From Myxococcales bacterium (GTDB lineage Bacteria; Myxococcota_A; Polyangia; Polyangiales; DASUME01), in NCBI GenBank assembly GCA_047601445.1, contig JASGJH010000001.1:768001-832000 (forward strand): a DNA stretch of 64,000 bases, given 5' to 3'. A model generated the notes under the pieces. It was not told the origin of the DNA. It was given only the letters and a program-made list of their open reading frames with translations, and ran no database searches. Shown piece by piece: positions 41,426-51,659 of the stretch. Positions within the stretch are counted from its first letter, which is position 1. Each line of letters opens with the position of its first letter. The translations under genes were made by a program, and so were the position numbers.

Positions 41426-42186
41426 GCACCGCGCTTCTCCGCTCGCGCGCCCGAGGGCGCGCTTCGACCAAGACACTCGTCGCATGCGTGTTGGCGCTGG
41501 GCCTCGGGGCCTGCAGCAAGTCCGTGCAGCTGGGCGCCAACAGCCCTGCGTCGCCAGGTCTCAAGGACGCACGCACGGCTGGCCGCAGCAAGCCCATGGT
41601 GAGCGGAGGCGAGGGTGACCTCTCCGCACTCGTGAAGAAGTGCGAGGGCGGCGACGCTCGGCACGAGGTCAGCGAGTACGACACCTCGGGCGACGATTTG
41701 CCTGACGTGCGCAAGGTGTTCCTGCGCGTGGGCGACGGCACGCTGGCGCGCCTCGTGCTCGTGTGCCGCGAGTCCGATCTGAACTCGGACGGCGCCAAGG
41801 ACGTGATCCGTTACTACACCGACGAAGGTCGCCCGCTGCGCGAAGAGGCCGACCGCAACTTCGACGGCGTGATGGACGAGATCACCATCTTCCAGGAAGG
41901 CATGATCCAGCGCCAGGAGTTCGACTCCCAGGGCGATGGCAAGGTCGACACCAAGATCTTCTTCGACGACGGCAAGCCTTTGCGCGCCGAGCGCGACCTC
42001 AAGGCGCGCAGCACCCCAGAAAAGTGGACCCCGGATCGCTGGGAGTACTTCGAGGAAGGCCGCGTAGTGCGCATGGGCACGGACGTCGACGGCGATGGCA
42101 CCGTCGACCGCTGGGATCGCGACTCGAGCATCCGCCGTGGGGTGGACGTCAACGAGTCCTCGCCGGCGTCTTCCGAGCCGAGCTGA
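41422..42186 (+). CDS. Putative lipoprotein with repeated DxNxDG motifs (paralogue of the upstream gene)
   Basis: ATGA overlap and GGAGG RBS; LGAC lipobox; DLNSDGAKD, DRNFDGVMD, DSQGDGKVD and DVDGDGTVD. Confidence 0.82.
   Translation: MSTALLRSRARGRASTKTLVACVLALGLGACSKSVQLGANSPASPGLKDARTAGRSKPMVSGGEGDLSALVKKCEGGDARHEVSEYDTSGDDLPDVRKVFLRVGDGTLARLVLVCRESDLNSDGAKDVIRYYTDEGRPLREEADRNFDGVMDEITIFQEGMIQRQEFDSQGDGKVDTKIFFDDGKPLRAERDLKARSTPEKWTPDRWEYFEEGRVVRMGTDVDGDGTVDRWDRDSSIRRGVDVNESSPASSEPS
41436..41468. repeat. REP-like palindrome, copy 3, inside the signal-peptide coding region
   Basis: Identical to 40497-40529; begins at codon 5 after ATG 41422. Confidence 0.8.
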
Positions 42187-42210
42187 AACGCTCAAGGGGT
42201 TCGGCGCAAG

Positions 42211-42373
42211 CGGTGCACCGTTCGCGAGAAAACGTCAGTCCTCGCGCCCGCGGCGGGCCCATCCGCCGCGTTGCCGCTCCTCAAAATACTTCCGGTATTC
42301 CTCGTCGCGGCGCCTTGCGGCTGGACCCGTCGCAAGCGCGATCCTCTGACGTTTTCCCGCGAACGGTGCACTG
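42211..42373. mobile_element. MITE-like element with 28-bp terminal inverted repeats
   Basis: 42211-42238 matches the reverse complement of 42346-42373 at 26/28. Internal hairpins; no credible ORF. Confidence 0.7.
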
Positions 42374-43185
42374 TGGCTGAAGAAAGACTCCAGAAAATCC
42401 TGGCGCGTGCCGGTGTGGCTTCCCGGCGCGCCGCCGAGCAATTGATCACCGGCGGACGCGTGCGCGTGAACGGCACCGTGGTCACCGAGCTCGGCTCCCG
42501 CGCTGACCTCTCGCGCGACAAAGTGGAGGTCGACGGCAAGCCGCTCGCCCAGCGCGAAGAGCCCGTATACTTCCTGCTGCACAAGCCGCGCGGCATGGTC
42601 ACCACGCTGAAGGACCCAGAAGGCCGCCCGTCGCTCTCGGAGTTGCTCGGCGGCATCAGCGAGCGCGTATACCCGGTGGGTCGACTCGACTTCCATACCA
42701 GTGGTGCACTCCTCCTCACCAACGACGGCGACCTGGCGCAGGCCCTGTTGCATCCGTCGCGCGAGGTCCCCAAGACCTACATCGCCAAGCTCAACCGGCA
42801 GGCCGACCAGCGCATGATCTCCGAGCTGCGCCAAGGTGTGACCCTGGACGACGGCTACCGCACCCAGCCCGCGCGCGTCCTCGAAGTGCGCCAAGAGGAG
42901 CAGAAGAGCTGGCTCGAGATCACCATCACCGAGGGCAAAAACCGCCAAATCCACCGCATGGTGGAGGCCGTGGGACCCCTGGTGATGCGCCTCTCACGGC
43001 TGAGCTTCGCCGGCCTGAGCACCGAAGGCCTGCGCCCCGGTGAACTACGACCGCTGACAAACGAAGAGCTCGAGCGCTTGCGCCGCGAGTACTTGCCCAC
43101 GAGTGCGAGAGCGGTGCACACGAGCGCGCCCAAGCCGCCCAAAAAACCTGTGAGACCGGTAGGAAAACCGCCTCGCCGAGTTTGA
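42373..43185 (+). CDS. rluB: rRNA pseudouridine synthase (RluB/RsuA family)
   Basis: ERLQKILARAGVASRR S4 domain, HKPRG, VGRLD and EGKNRQIHRM. Confidence 0.9.
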   Translation: MAEERLQKILARAGVASRRAAEQLITGGRVRVNGTVVTELGSRADLSRDKVEVDGKPLAQREEPVYFLLHKPRGMVTTLKDPEGRPSLSELLGGISERVYPVGRLDFHTSGALLLTNDGDLAQALLHPSREVPKTYIAKLNRQADQRMISELRQGVTLDDGYRTQPARVLEVRQEEQKSWLEITITEGKNRQIHRMVEAVGPLVMRLSRLSFAGLSTEGLRPGELRPLTNEELERLRREYLPTSARAVHTSAPKPPKKPVRPVGKPPRRV

Positions 43186-43212
43186 CTCTCCGAAACTTCC
43201 AAGCCATATAGA
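43182..43212 (+). promoter_or_regulatory. Probable sigma-70 promoter of tRNA-fMet
   Basis: TTGACT at 43182 and a CATATA/TATAGA -10-like box immediately before the tRNA. Confidence 0.45.
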
Positions 43213-43215
43213 TGT

Positions 43216-43292
<77 letters not shown>

Positions 43293-43299
43293 ACAGTGT

Positions 43300-43344
43300 G
43301 AAGCCGCTCAGGGACGACGAGCCCTGGAGCGGCTTCTCGCTTTT
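43300..43344 (+). terminator. Intrinsic terminator after tRNA-fMet
   Basis: GAAGCCGCTC-AGGG...CCCT-G-GAGCGGCTTC followed by TCGCTTTT. Confidence 0.6.
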
Positions 43345-43850
43345 AACTGGCCGCCATCTTTGTTACGCGCGGCAGGACCCCGCCAGCGTGGCGCGATGGC
43401 TCCATCGTTGTTGGGCTGTCACCCGTCCATCCTTCGGCGATGGCGCGTAGCTGATCGCGCGCGCCCTTCGGGAGGCGCGTCGCGGCGTGCATCGAGTGTG
43501 AAGACGGGTTGGACGAAGCTCGGCGTGCGAAGGAGCCTTGGAGCTCAGCCTGGATCCGAGTGCGATGTGTTGCGGCCCGATCAATCGTCGACGAACCACG
43601 AAGCCTCCGCTCTCGAACGGGCTCGTCGTGTTGGCGAAGGATTGATTGATGCGACCTGCACCGCTGCCAGCGTCGAGCGCGGGGCCGAGCACGACTCCAC
43701 GATGCTTGCTCACGTAGGTGCTTCAGCGGGAACCCTACCCACGGTTCGCACGCCGGGGACGTCGGACACCACGGCCGTTTGCCCTCACACCGCTCACGTA
43801 GTGGGCCTGGCGCGTGAGGCGTATCGTTCAAGCAGTCCAGGGCCAAGCGC

Positions 43851-46189
43851 ATGTGGCATACGACCAAACTTCTGCGGCTGGCGCACAATCCCGGAACTTT
43901 CGAGTTCTACAGAGAGGTTTTCTCTGCTGTCGCCGATGGCATCGTGGTCATCGATGCTCAATCCCGCTGCGTCGAAGCCAATGACGCTTTCTGCCGGATG
44001 GTTGGCTTCGAGCGCACGGAACTGCTCGGCCTGGGAGCACCTTATCCGTTCTGGCCCTCCGAGGAGCTAACCACCATCCTGCCTGCATTTCGGGCGGCGC
44101 TGGAGGGTAGCCATGCCGACCTGCAGTTCACCTTGTGCAAAAGAGCGGTGAGCGCTTTCGGGCCTTCGTGCATCCGGCAGCGATCCGCGACCGAGCGGGC
44201 GCACCGCTCTATTTCGTTGCTTCGGTCAAGGATGCTTCCGAGCACGCGCGGCTCGAGCGTGCGCTGGTGCGCTCCGAGGAGCGCTGGCGCTCGATTGCCC
44301 ACAATCCCTACGACTTCGTCGCCATCCTCGGCGCGGACTATCGCTATCAATACATGAACCGCACGGAGCCTGGCATCGAGGCCGAGGGCTTGATCGGGAA
44401 GCTGACTCCCTTCGACTACGTGGATGCACGCCACCACGCCGAGATGCGCGAGGCCTTCGAGCGGAGCTTCGCCGGCGCCGTGACCACCTACGACTGCTAT
44501 GTCCCGGCCGTAGGGCGCTGGTATTCGAACGTGGTGTCGCCGCTCAAGGAAGAGGGGAGCATCCGCGCTATCTCGGTGCTCACCCGTGACATCACCGAAC
44601 AAAAGCGCATGTTCGACGCGCAGCGTGCGGACGAGCGCCGCCTTCAGTTGGCGCTGTGGGCGGGCGACATGGGCACCATCGAGGGCGACCTGACGACCGG
44701 CCGCTGGATCTTTTCTCCGCGCGTGTACGACCTGTGGGGGTACCCGCAGGGCAGCCTCGATATGCCCACGGACCTGGACGATTTCTTCTCGCGCGTGCAT
44801 CCGGACGACGTGGCCGTGCTGCGCGACTCGGTGGGCGAGGCGATTCAATCGCGAGCCCCAGTGCGCTTGGAGTATCGGATTCGGCGCGCTTCCGGCGAGT
44901 GGCTTTGGATCGAGGCGCGCGTGCGCTGTTTCACGGAGCCTGACGGGTCCGTGCACCTCTACGGCGTACTCGCTGATATCTCCGGAAGAAAGAAGGCGGA
45001 GGCAGACCATGCGCGCATCGCGAGCCAGCTGAGGCACGCGCAAAAGATGGACACACTCGGCACCCTGGCAGGCGGCATCGCCCACGACTTCAACAACATC
45101 TTGATGCCCATCCTCGGCAACGCGGAGCTGCTGCTCGCGCACCTCGAGCCCAGTAGTCAGCTCGCCACGCGCGCCGAGGCCATCGTGCAGGCGGCGCTGC
45201 GAGCTCAGGAACTGGTCGGTCGAATTCTCGTCTTTGGAAGGCCTGGCGACGAGCAAAAGAGCTGGGTGCGCATCCAGGACCTGGCGCGCGAAGCTTTGCG
45301 GCTGGTCGCCACTTCGCTGCCTTCGTCGGTGGAGCTCATCACCGAAATCGACGACAGCTGTCCTTCGGTCTGGGCCTCACCGGGACAAGTCCATCAGGCG
45401 ATCCTGAACGTGGGCACGAATGCCTACCAGGCCCTGCGCAGCACCGGTGGTCACCTGACGCTGCGCGTGACGCAAACGAGTGTCGACGAGCCGCTGCACG
45501 AAGTTCACGGCGTGTCGCTGGGGAGGGCGGTCAAGGTCACGGTCCAAGACGATGGGCCCGGGATTCCCCTCGAGCTGCAAGAGCGGATCTTCGAGCCTTT
45601 TTTCACGACCAAGGGCGTGGGCGAAGGGACGGGGCTAGGACTCTCCTTGGTGCACTCGATCATGAAGTCCCACGGTGGATCGGTCGTCCTGCACAGCGAG
45701 CCTGGGCGGGGGGCGCTGTTCGAGCTGTATTTTCACGTGGGCGATCACGGGGAACATCAGCCACACCGCGAGCCTCCCGCGCCGCAGAAGGGCGCTGAGC
45801 ATTTTCTGCGCATCATGTGCATCGACGACGACGCTACGGTGCTGATGGCGCTCGACGCGATGCTGACGCATGTCGGGCACCGGGTGACGAGCGTCGGCTC
45901 CCCTCATGAGGCGCTCGCCAGACTGCGCGACGATGCTGCAGAGTTTGATTTAATCGTGACCGACTACACCATGCCGCAGCTCAACGGCCTGGAGTTTGCG
46001 CGCCTCCTCCTGGAGCTGCGCCCGGATTTGCCCGTGATCTTGATCAGCGGCTACGCCGACGTCGCGGGTTCGAGCAGCTTGCCTCCAAACGTGCGCAGCG
46101 TACTGAAGAAGCCGATCACGCTGGCGGCGCTTCTCGATGCGGTGCGGCGCACGAACTTGGTGGACGAGGATTCACCCAAGCGGCGCTAG
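43851..46189 (+). CDS. Hybrid sensor histidine kinase (3 PAS, HisKA, HATPase, receiver), frameshifted at the A-run 44139-44142
   Basis: The first PAS domain is split between ORFs 43851 and 44135. Motifs GGIAHDFNN, FEPFFTTK..GTGLGL, IDDD, DYTMP and KP. Confidence 0.88.
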
Positions 46190-46435
46190 CGCCGAAGTCG
46201 TCCGTTCTTCGTCGCGAGCCGCCAAGGGCGCTCATGAGCCCTTACCCGCAAGGCCCAACCTGCCATGGATGGCATCTTCGGCCTTGCCGTAAACCAGCTT
46301 GGCGCCGTCGCGGCGCGAACGCTCCTTCCCGCGAAGGAACCAGGCGCCATCACGTCGCGCACAAGCGTCGGGGTGACGGGGGGCCAGGCGGGGGAGTGTG
46401 TTGGAGCGCGTTGGACGATTGCGTTCCGTCGTCCG

Positions 46436-46959
46436 CTAGCGTGCCTTCCTCTTGTCAGCCGCCCGGAACGCCATCACCTGCGCCGCAAGGCCCGCCGCCA
46501 CCGCGACGTCTACCGAGCGCTTGTCGGCGAGTGCTCTGAGCTCGTTGGCCAGTTCGGTGCGGCCGAGCAAGGAGAGGCGGGCCGAGCACAGGATCGCCAG
46601 AACCCCGCGTAGATCCTCGGCCGCATCGTGACCATCCTGGGAACCTGCGGCGACCACCGAGGCGCTGCGGGCTAGCTGACGGGTCAACAGCAGGCGTCGG
46701 TTGTCGCGGGAGGCCCAGGCCCACTCGATGAAGCTCAGCGCTCGCAGCGCGCGAGGATCTTCTCCCATGGATGTGATGAGGTCCACGGCGGCCACGGCGA
46801 TGCGCGCTTCAGGGTCCGCAGCGTTGGCGCCATGGAAAGTCTTGGCTCGAGCTGCGCTGGCTTCGGTGGATGGGGGGAGATCCTCGGGGGCGATGTCGCC
46901 CAGATGATGGATCGCGGCTTCGAGTTGCTCGCGGGGTTGTCTCTCACGAATCGACACCT
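46436..46959 (-). CDS. Hypothetical helical protein (start uncertain)
   Basis: Open frame with plausible amphipathic helices; no recognised motif. Confidence 0.35.
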
Positions 46960-47435
46960 GTCGTCCCCTTGTGGTTCGGCGGACGGGCTTGGCGTTGCGC
47001 GCCGTGCTGGTCCCCCCACAAGTTTGCCCGATCGGCCAGATCAAGCACGGGGACGGTGGGACAACGTTGAGGTGAGCCGTCTGCGCGCGAATTTCTGCCT
47101 TGGGACAGCGAGGAAGGTGGCCGTGGCTCAGTCGTCGCTGCTCACTCGTTCGCGCACCAGCCGGTGGTGCGCTGCAGGCTCGGCGTGGGCCGCCGGACGG
47201 AGGAATCCTGGCCCTCTGTAGCTGGTGAAGTCGACAGGGAGCTTCAAGCTATCGAAGAAGTCCAGAGCGCTGGCGTACTGCCAGCCGGTGGGGCCGGTCT
47301 GTGCGGTGTCGCTCGTGCCCGTCCAAAAGTGACCTCCATGGCGACACGGAGATCACGTCGCCGTAAGGTGGGTTGTCCACGTCGGCATTCACCACGGTCA
47401 GGGTCGGCTGAAGCGCTGGCTAGCCGGGCCTCTGC

Positions 47436-48101
47436 TCAGTCATCTTCGCAAGGCGGGTGGAAGGCGCCTGCGTTGCCGGCGACGCCGTAGGGCTCCGGAG
47501 CCGTCTGGAAGTGGTCGCACGCGTTCTCTCCGAAGACGACGCTGGCGAGCGAGGCCTCGGTGGTCACGTACGCTCCGCATTTGTCCACACACCCGGTGAT
47601 CTCCACGCTGCCGTAACCGGCTACGTGATCGAACATCATCGCCGGCACGCAGGTCGTGTCGAGCACGCCGTCTTTGAAGAGATTCGGATCGTAGATGTGC
47701 GAGGAGTCTGCGGTGATCTGCGACACCTCGGCGCTGTACTCGATGCTGAAGGTTCGCCTCACGCCGCATTGGAGCTTGCCGGCGTCGGCCGCAGACGAAC
47801 CGCCCAGGCTTGCATCGGTCGCGGCGTCCGTCGCGCTGCCCGCATCGAGGCCACCGTGGTTGCCCGCGTCGTGAGGGGGGCTCACGCTGGCATCCCCATC
47901 CCCATCCCCATCCCCATCGCCGATCCCTGCGGCGTCCATGCCGGTGCCTGCATCACTCGTGTGGTGTGGCCCATCAGCCGGCGAGTCGCCGCATGCGACC
48001 GCAACGACCACGATGCTCGCCAGGGCAACGCGTCGATGACCGCCGGCAAAAGTCCTGCAAATGTGATCGCGCGCGCCCAAGGGACCCTCCTGGCGGCTCA
48101 A
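47436..48101 (-). CDS. Hypothetical lipoprotein with GD-repeat linker and Cys-containing C-domain
   Basis: VAVAC lipobox; (GD)5 encoded by CCCCAT-type hexamer repeats at about 47891-47921; DAG-rich linker. Confidence 0.65.
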   Translation of the reverse strand: MSRQEGPLGARDHICRTFAGGHRRVALASIVVVAVACGDSPADGPHHTSDAGTGMDAAGIGDGDGDGDGDASVSPPHDAGNHGGLDAGSATDAATDASLGGSSAADAGKLQCGVRRTFSIEYSAEVSQITADSSHIYDPNLFKDGVLDTTCVPAMMFDHVAGYGSVEITGCVDKCGAYVTTEASLASVVFGENACDHFQTAPEPYGVAGNAGAFHPPCEDD

Positions 48102-48275
48102 GTGCCAGCGTTGAGTGGAGAGCTAAGCACAGAGGAATCAGCTGGTCACCACAAGACGCAGCTTGGGCCGGCCGGCTCCGAGACCGAAACCGTCCACCGA
48201 TCGTCCAGCGTGAGTCTTCGCAGCCGCCTGCCTGGCAAAACCCACGGATTGGCGGCTGTGCGGCCATGATGGGGT

Positions 48276-48903
48276 ATGCCCCTCCGCTCAACCTATTTGG
48301 TGCCAAGCGCTTCCCACCCGGCGCTCCAGAGCGTCTTGCTCGCAGCGATGCTCTTGGGCTGCGGGCACAAGACCGCCGATGAGCGGAGCCAATCCGGCAA
48401 GGTCGACTCCGGCGCCGGCGATGGCGATGCAACCGGCGATGGCGATGCAACCGGCGATGGCGATGGGGATGCCGCGGGCGACGGGGATGCCGCGGGCGAT
48501 GGGGATGCCGCGGGCGGTGGGGATACCTCGGCCATGGCGTGTTCGGGCACCTGCCAGTGCAACAGGGGCGCGACCTGCGATTTCAGCTGCGGGGCGAACT
48601 GCGACAAGAATCGAGTGCCTAGGCGGGACCTGCAGCGCGGATTGCAGCGCGGGTGGCTGCGATCTGGACTGCGACCGCGGTGGCACCTGCGATTACAGGT
48701 GCACCGGGGGTGGCTGTGCGTTCGACTGTGATGGCAACGCGACGTGCAATGTCGACTGCTCGGGCGGCGGATGCGAGGTCGTTTGCGATCGCGGCACGCG
48801 CTGCAATGTGAAGTGCTCCAAGGATGAGCCCTGTGACGTGACCTGCGAGTCCACCGGAAAGCTCGAGTCGTGCACGGGCGCCTGCAACATCCACGGTTGT
48901 TGA
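48276..48903 (+). CDS. Lipoprotein with GDGD(A/T) repeats and a Cys-rich repeat domain, +1 frameshift near 48609
   Basis: LLGC lipobox; the Cys repeats continue across frames once one A at GAATC is removed (CDKIECLGG). Confidence 0.75.
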
Positions 48904-49060
48904 TTCGACCGGAGCGCGAGGTGGTTGGCAGCAAACCGACCAGTGCTGGATCGCATCGCAGTCCTCGATGCCGTTCCTGCGCCGCGCGCTGCTGTGGCTT
49001 CTCTGCCTTCCTCAGGTGGGCCGCTCTACTGGCGTGCTGAGCTCGACTGAAGCGCGCGCG

Positions 49061-49810
49061 CTACGGGCCCGTGTAGCTCGCGATCAGCGAGAGCGATTCC
49101 AGAGGGCCGGAGGCCTGGATATAAGCCTCGATTTCGGCCGGAGATCGCAAGACCGACGCGCTGAGGCTTCCAGCCAGCGCGTAGCGCGAGATCTGGTACG
49201 GGTGCATGCCGTTGGCACAGGGGCCTCGGTAGTAGCGCTTCGCGGCGGCCGCGCTGCCGCTCACTTGCTTCGCTCCCGGTACGGCGCTGGGCATGGGATC
49301 TGCGCCGAGATCCGCGGGCAGGGAGGTGACCGTGCTGGGGATGTCCCAGATGGCCCAGAGCACGCGATCCGGGTCGTACGAGACGGCATCGAGATTGCGC
49401 AGCACCACCGCGTAGCTGAGCGTGCCCGCGGGGCCCGGGGGCCAGGACAGACTCGGAGAGATGTCGGCTCCACCGCAGGTGTTCAGCGCTGGAAACGTGC
49501 CGCCGTTTGCGATGGTCGGACTCCACAGACTCGTGGGCGGTGCGCTGATTCCTGCGTCGGGTACGGCTGAATCCGCGTCGACGTGGCTCGTATCCTGACC
49601 GGCATCGCGCTCGTCGTCGGTGGCCATTTGATCGGCTGAATCGTCGTCCTCGCGGCCGGCGTCCTCGTCGTCGTCCGCTTCATCGGCCGGATCGACGGTC
49701 GGGTTATCGTCGCCGAGCGCGGCTTGGCTCGCGGTGCCGTAGCCGATGAGCATGCATCCCTGGAAGAGCATGGACGCCGCAGCCAGGGAGGTTCGGAAGA
49801 AGCGCTGCAT
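49061..49810 (-). CDS. YbhB/YbcL (PEBP/RKIP-like) lipoprotein
   Basis: FQGC lipobox, acidic linker, CGGADISPSLSW, SYAVVL, W.IWDIP and YRGPC. Confidence 0.85.
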   Translation of the reverse strand: MQRFFRTSLAAASMLFQGCMLIGYGTASQAALGDDNPTVDPADEADDDEDAGREDDDSADQMATDDERDAGQDTSHVDADSAVPDAGISAPPTSLWSPTIANGGTFPALNTCGGADISPSLSWPPGPAGTLSYAVVLRNLDAVSYDPDRVLWAIWDIPSTVTSLPADLGADPMPSAVPGAKQVSGSAAAAKRYYRGPCANGMHPYQISRYALAGSLSASVLRSPAEIEAYIQASGPLESLSLIASYTGP

Positions 49811-49839
49811 CTCACCGTCCGTCGAAAAGCGCTCGAGGT

Positions 49840-50511
49840 TCAGCGTGTGTTGGCGCGTTGAGCGCAGAGGAAGCGCGCCAGCGGATCTTGCGGATCTGGA
49901 TCATTGCAATCGATGCCGAGTTGCTCGGCGAGGTCGGCCGCACCTCCTGCACCTCCACCGCCGCCGAAGAACCCGCCGGGGCCGCCGTCCCGGTTACCGA
50001 AGCCTCCGCCGCCGAAGAAGCCGCCCGCACCGCCGTCCCGGTTGCCGAAGCCACCGCCGCCGAAGAACCCGCCGACGCCGCCGTCCCGGTTGCCGAAGCC
50101 ACCCGCGCCGCCGAAGAGGCCGCCCAGTCCGCCGTCCGCGCCTCCGAAGCCACCGCCGCTGAAGAGACCGCCCGTTCCACCCGTGGTGTCGCCACCGCCG
50201 CCGAAGAGTCCACCTCCGCCCGCAGCGGTGCCCCCAGCGCCTCCCACCAGGCTGCACAGGAGCTGCGAGATTTGGTCGGTCGCGTTCTCGCAATCGAGGC
50301 CAGGAATGGCGGGCTGATCCGACGTGCCTGCGTCCTCCGCTCCCTCGTCGTCGCCTGCGCCTTCGCCAGCGCCGTCGAGATCGCCGTCGCCGTCCGGGAC
50401 CTCGCCCTCCGCGCCCGGCGGGGAAAACTCTTCGGCGGTGTGGTGGCTGGAACAGCCCGCGAGAACCAAAATCGCAGTGCAGAGAACCCGTGCGGCAACT
50501 TTGCTAGACAT
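49840..50511 (-). CDS. Gly/Phe-rich low-complexity lipoprotein
   Basis: LAGC lipobox and GGFFGGGGFGNRDGG repeats. Confidence 0.7.
   Translation of the reverse strand: MSSKVAARVLCTAILVLAGCSSHHTAEEFSPPGAEGEVPDGDGDLDGAGEGAGDDEGAEDAGTSDQPAIPGLDCENATDQISQLLCSLVGGAGGTAAGGGGLFGGGGDTTGGTGGLFSGGGFGGADGGLGGLFGGAGGFGNRDGGVGGFFGGGGFGNRDGGAGGFFGGGGFGNRDGGPGGFFGGGGGAGGAADLAEQLGIDCNDPDPQDPLARFLCAQRANTR
49984..50104. repeat. 48-bp coding tandem repeat (2.5-3 copies)
   Basis: GCCGTCCCGGTTRCCGAAGCC at 49984, 50032 and 50080. Confidence 0.8.
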
Positions 50512-50818
50512 CTCGCCTTCTCCTCGGTCCCGGCTGCGGACGCAGGACAGCCGCCGGGCCGCCAGGAGAGGCTGGTTTCCAGCCCACGCCCGACGCCCGT
50601 CGCAGCCGACGCCCGTTGCCTGAACGGGAGTCGCGCGCGCCTGGCGGATTTATCAACTCAAGAGCATCGCTCGTGCAGAACGCCACCTCGCCGGCAACCG
50701 GGCTGATTGGCCAAGCCAGCTGACGTGTTCGACAATAGGTGTATGGGGGGCGATTCAATGCGGACAGAACCTGTCCTCTATTCTGACTATGCTCTCCAGC
50801 GAAAGGCAGGCAATCCCC

Positions 50819-51439
50819 ATGTCCATCGTGCTCTATCACCACCCGTACAGTCGCGCCTCGGGCGTCGTTTGGATGCTCGAAGAAGTAGGCGCACCCTACG
50901 AGCTGCGCTTCACGGACATCACCAAGGGCGACCAAAAGAAGCCGGAGTTTCTCGCGCTGAACGCCATGGGCAAGCTGCCCACGCTGCAGGATGGCGACAC
51001 GGTGGTCACCGAGGCGGCGGCCATCGGGCTGTACCTGGCGGATCGCTACGCGTACGGACGTCTGGCGCCGAAGGTGGATGACCCGCTGCGCGCCGCCTAC
51101 TACCGCTGGGCCTTCTTCGCTCCTTCGGTCATCGAGCCCGGTGCGCTCGCGAAGCTATCCGGTTGGGCCTACCGCGACAGCAACGCGGGTTGGGGCTCCT
51201 ATGAGGCCATGCTCGACACCATGGAGAAGGCGGTCTCCGGGAAGGAGTACCTGCTCGGCGAGATGTTCTCCATGGCCGACGTGATCTTCGGAGGAACGCT
51301 GCGCTACATGCTGCGGTTCAAGACCATCGAAGCGCGCCCTGCCTTCGAGGCCTACGTGGAGCGCATCAGCGCGCGCCCCGCCGCGAGGCGCGCGGACGAG
51401 GTCAACAACCGAGCTCGCGAAGAGAACGGCGTGGCGTGA
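50819..51439 (+). CDS. Glutathione S-transferase family protein
   Basis: SRA..V.WMLEE, LNAMGKLPTL, EAAAI..YLA and FSMADV. Confidence 0.93.
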   Translation: MSIVLYHHPYSRASGVVWMLEEVGAPYELRFTDITKGDQKKPEFLALNAMGKLPTLQDGDTVVTEAAAIGLYLADRYAYGRLAPKVDDPLRAAYYRWAFFAPSVIEPGALAKLSGWAYRDSNAGWGSYEAMLDTMEKAVSGKEYLLGEMFSMADVIFGGTLRYMLRFKTIEARPAFEAYVERISARPAARRADEVNNRAREENGVA

Positions 51440-51659
51440 GGTCTCTGAAGGGGGTGGCCGTGATGTTTGGAGGTCCAGGACGAGCGGGTGCACGCACGCG
51501 CGCTGAGGGCGCCGGGCGCATGGACCGGCGTGGGCTGGAGGCATGGCGCGATTGTGTGCGGTCCGAGCGCGTCCTGACGCCGTGCTGTGCCGCGCTCGTC
51601 ACTTGGCTTGGGAGGTTCTTCCCATCGACCTCCGGAGCAGCGCGCGCTTGAATGCCCGA

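Noticed and set aside
43343..43850. Several overlapping ORFs just after tRNA-fMet (integrase remnant?)
   Set aside because: No recombinase motifs or convincing codon bias; left unassigned.
44135..44145. Programmed -1 frameshift in the PAS kinase
   Set aside because: Only four A's (not an A_AAA_AAG slippery site), and the break splits a PAS domain. A homopolymer sequencing error or simple mutation is more likely given the other indels.
47128..47400. Possible minus-strand gene fragment (GHFWTGTSDTAQTGPTGWQYASALDFF)
   Set aside because: Protein-like, but with no start, RBS or recognisable family; too weak to call.
47891..50104. Repeats as a possible CRISPR array
   Set aside because: They are codon-phased coding repeats without unique spacers, and no cas genes are present.
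51326..51340. 14-nt match (TCGAAGCGCGCCCT) to the REP palindrome inside the GST gene
   Set aside because: Only a half-site in normal coding sequence; compatible with chance in GC-rich DNA.
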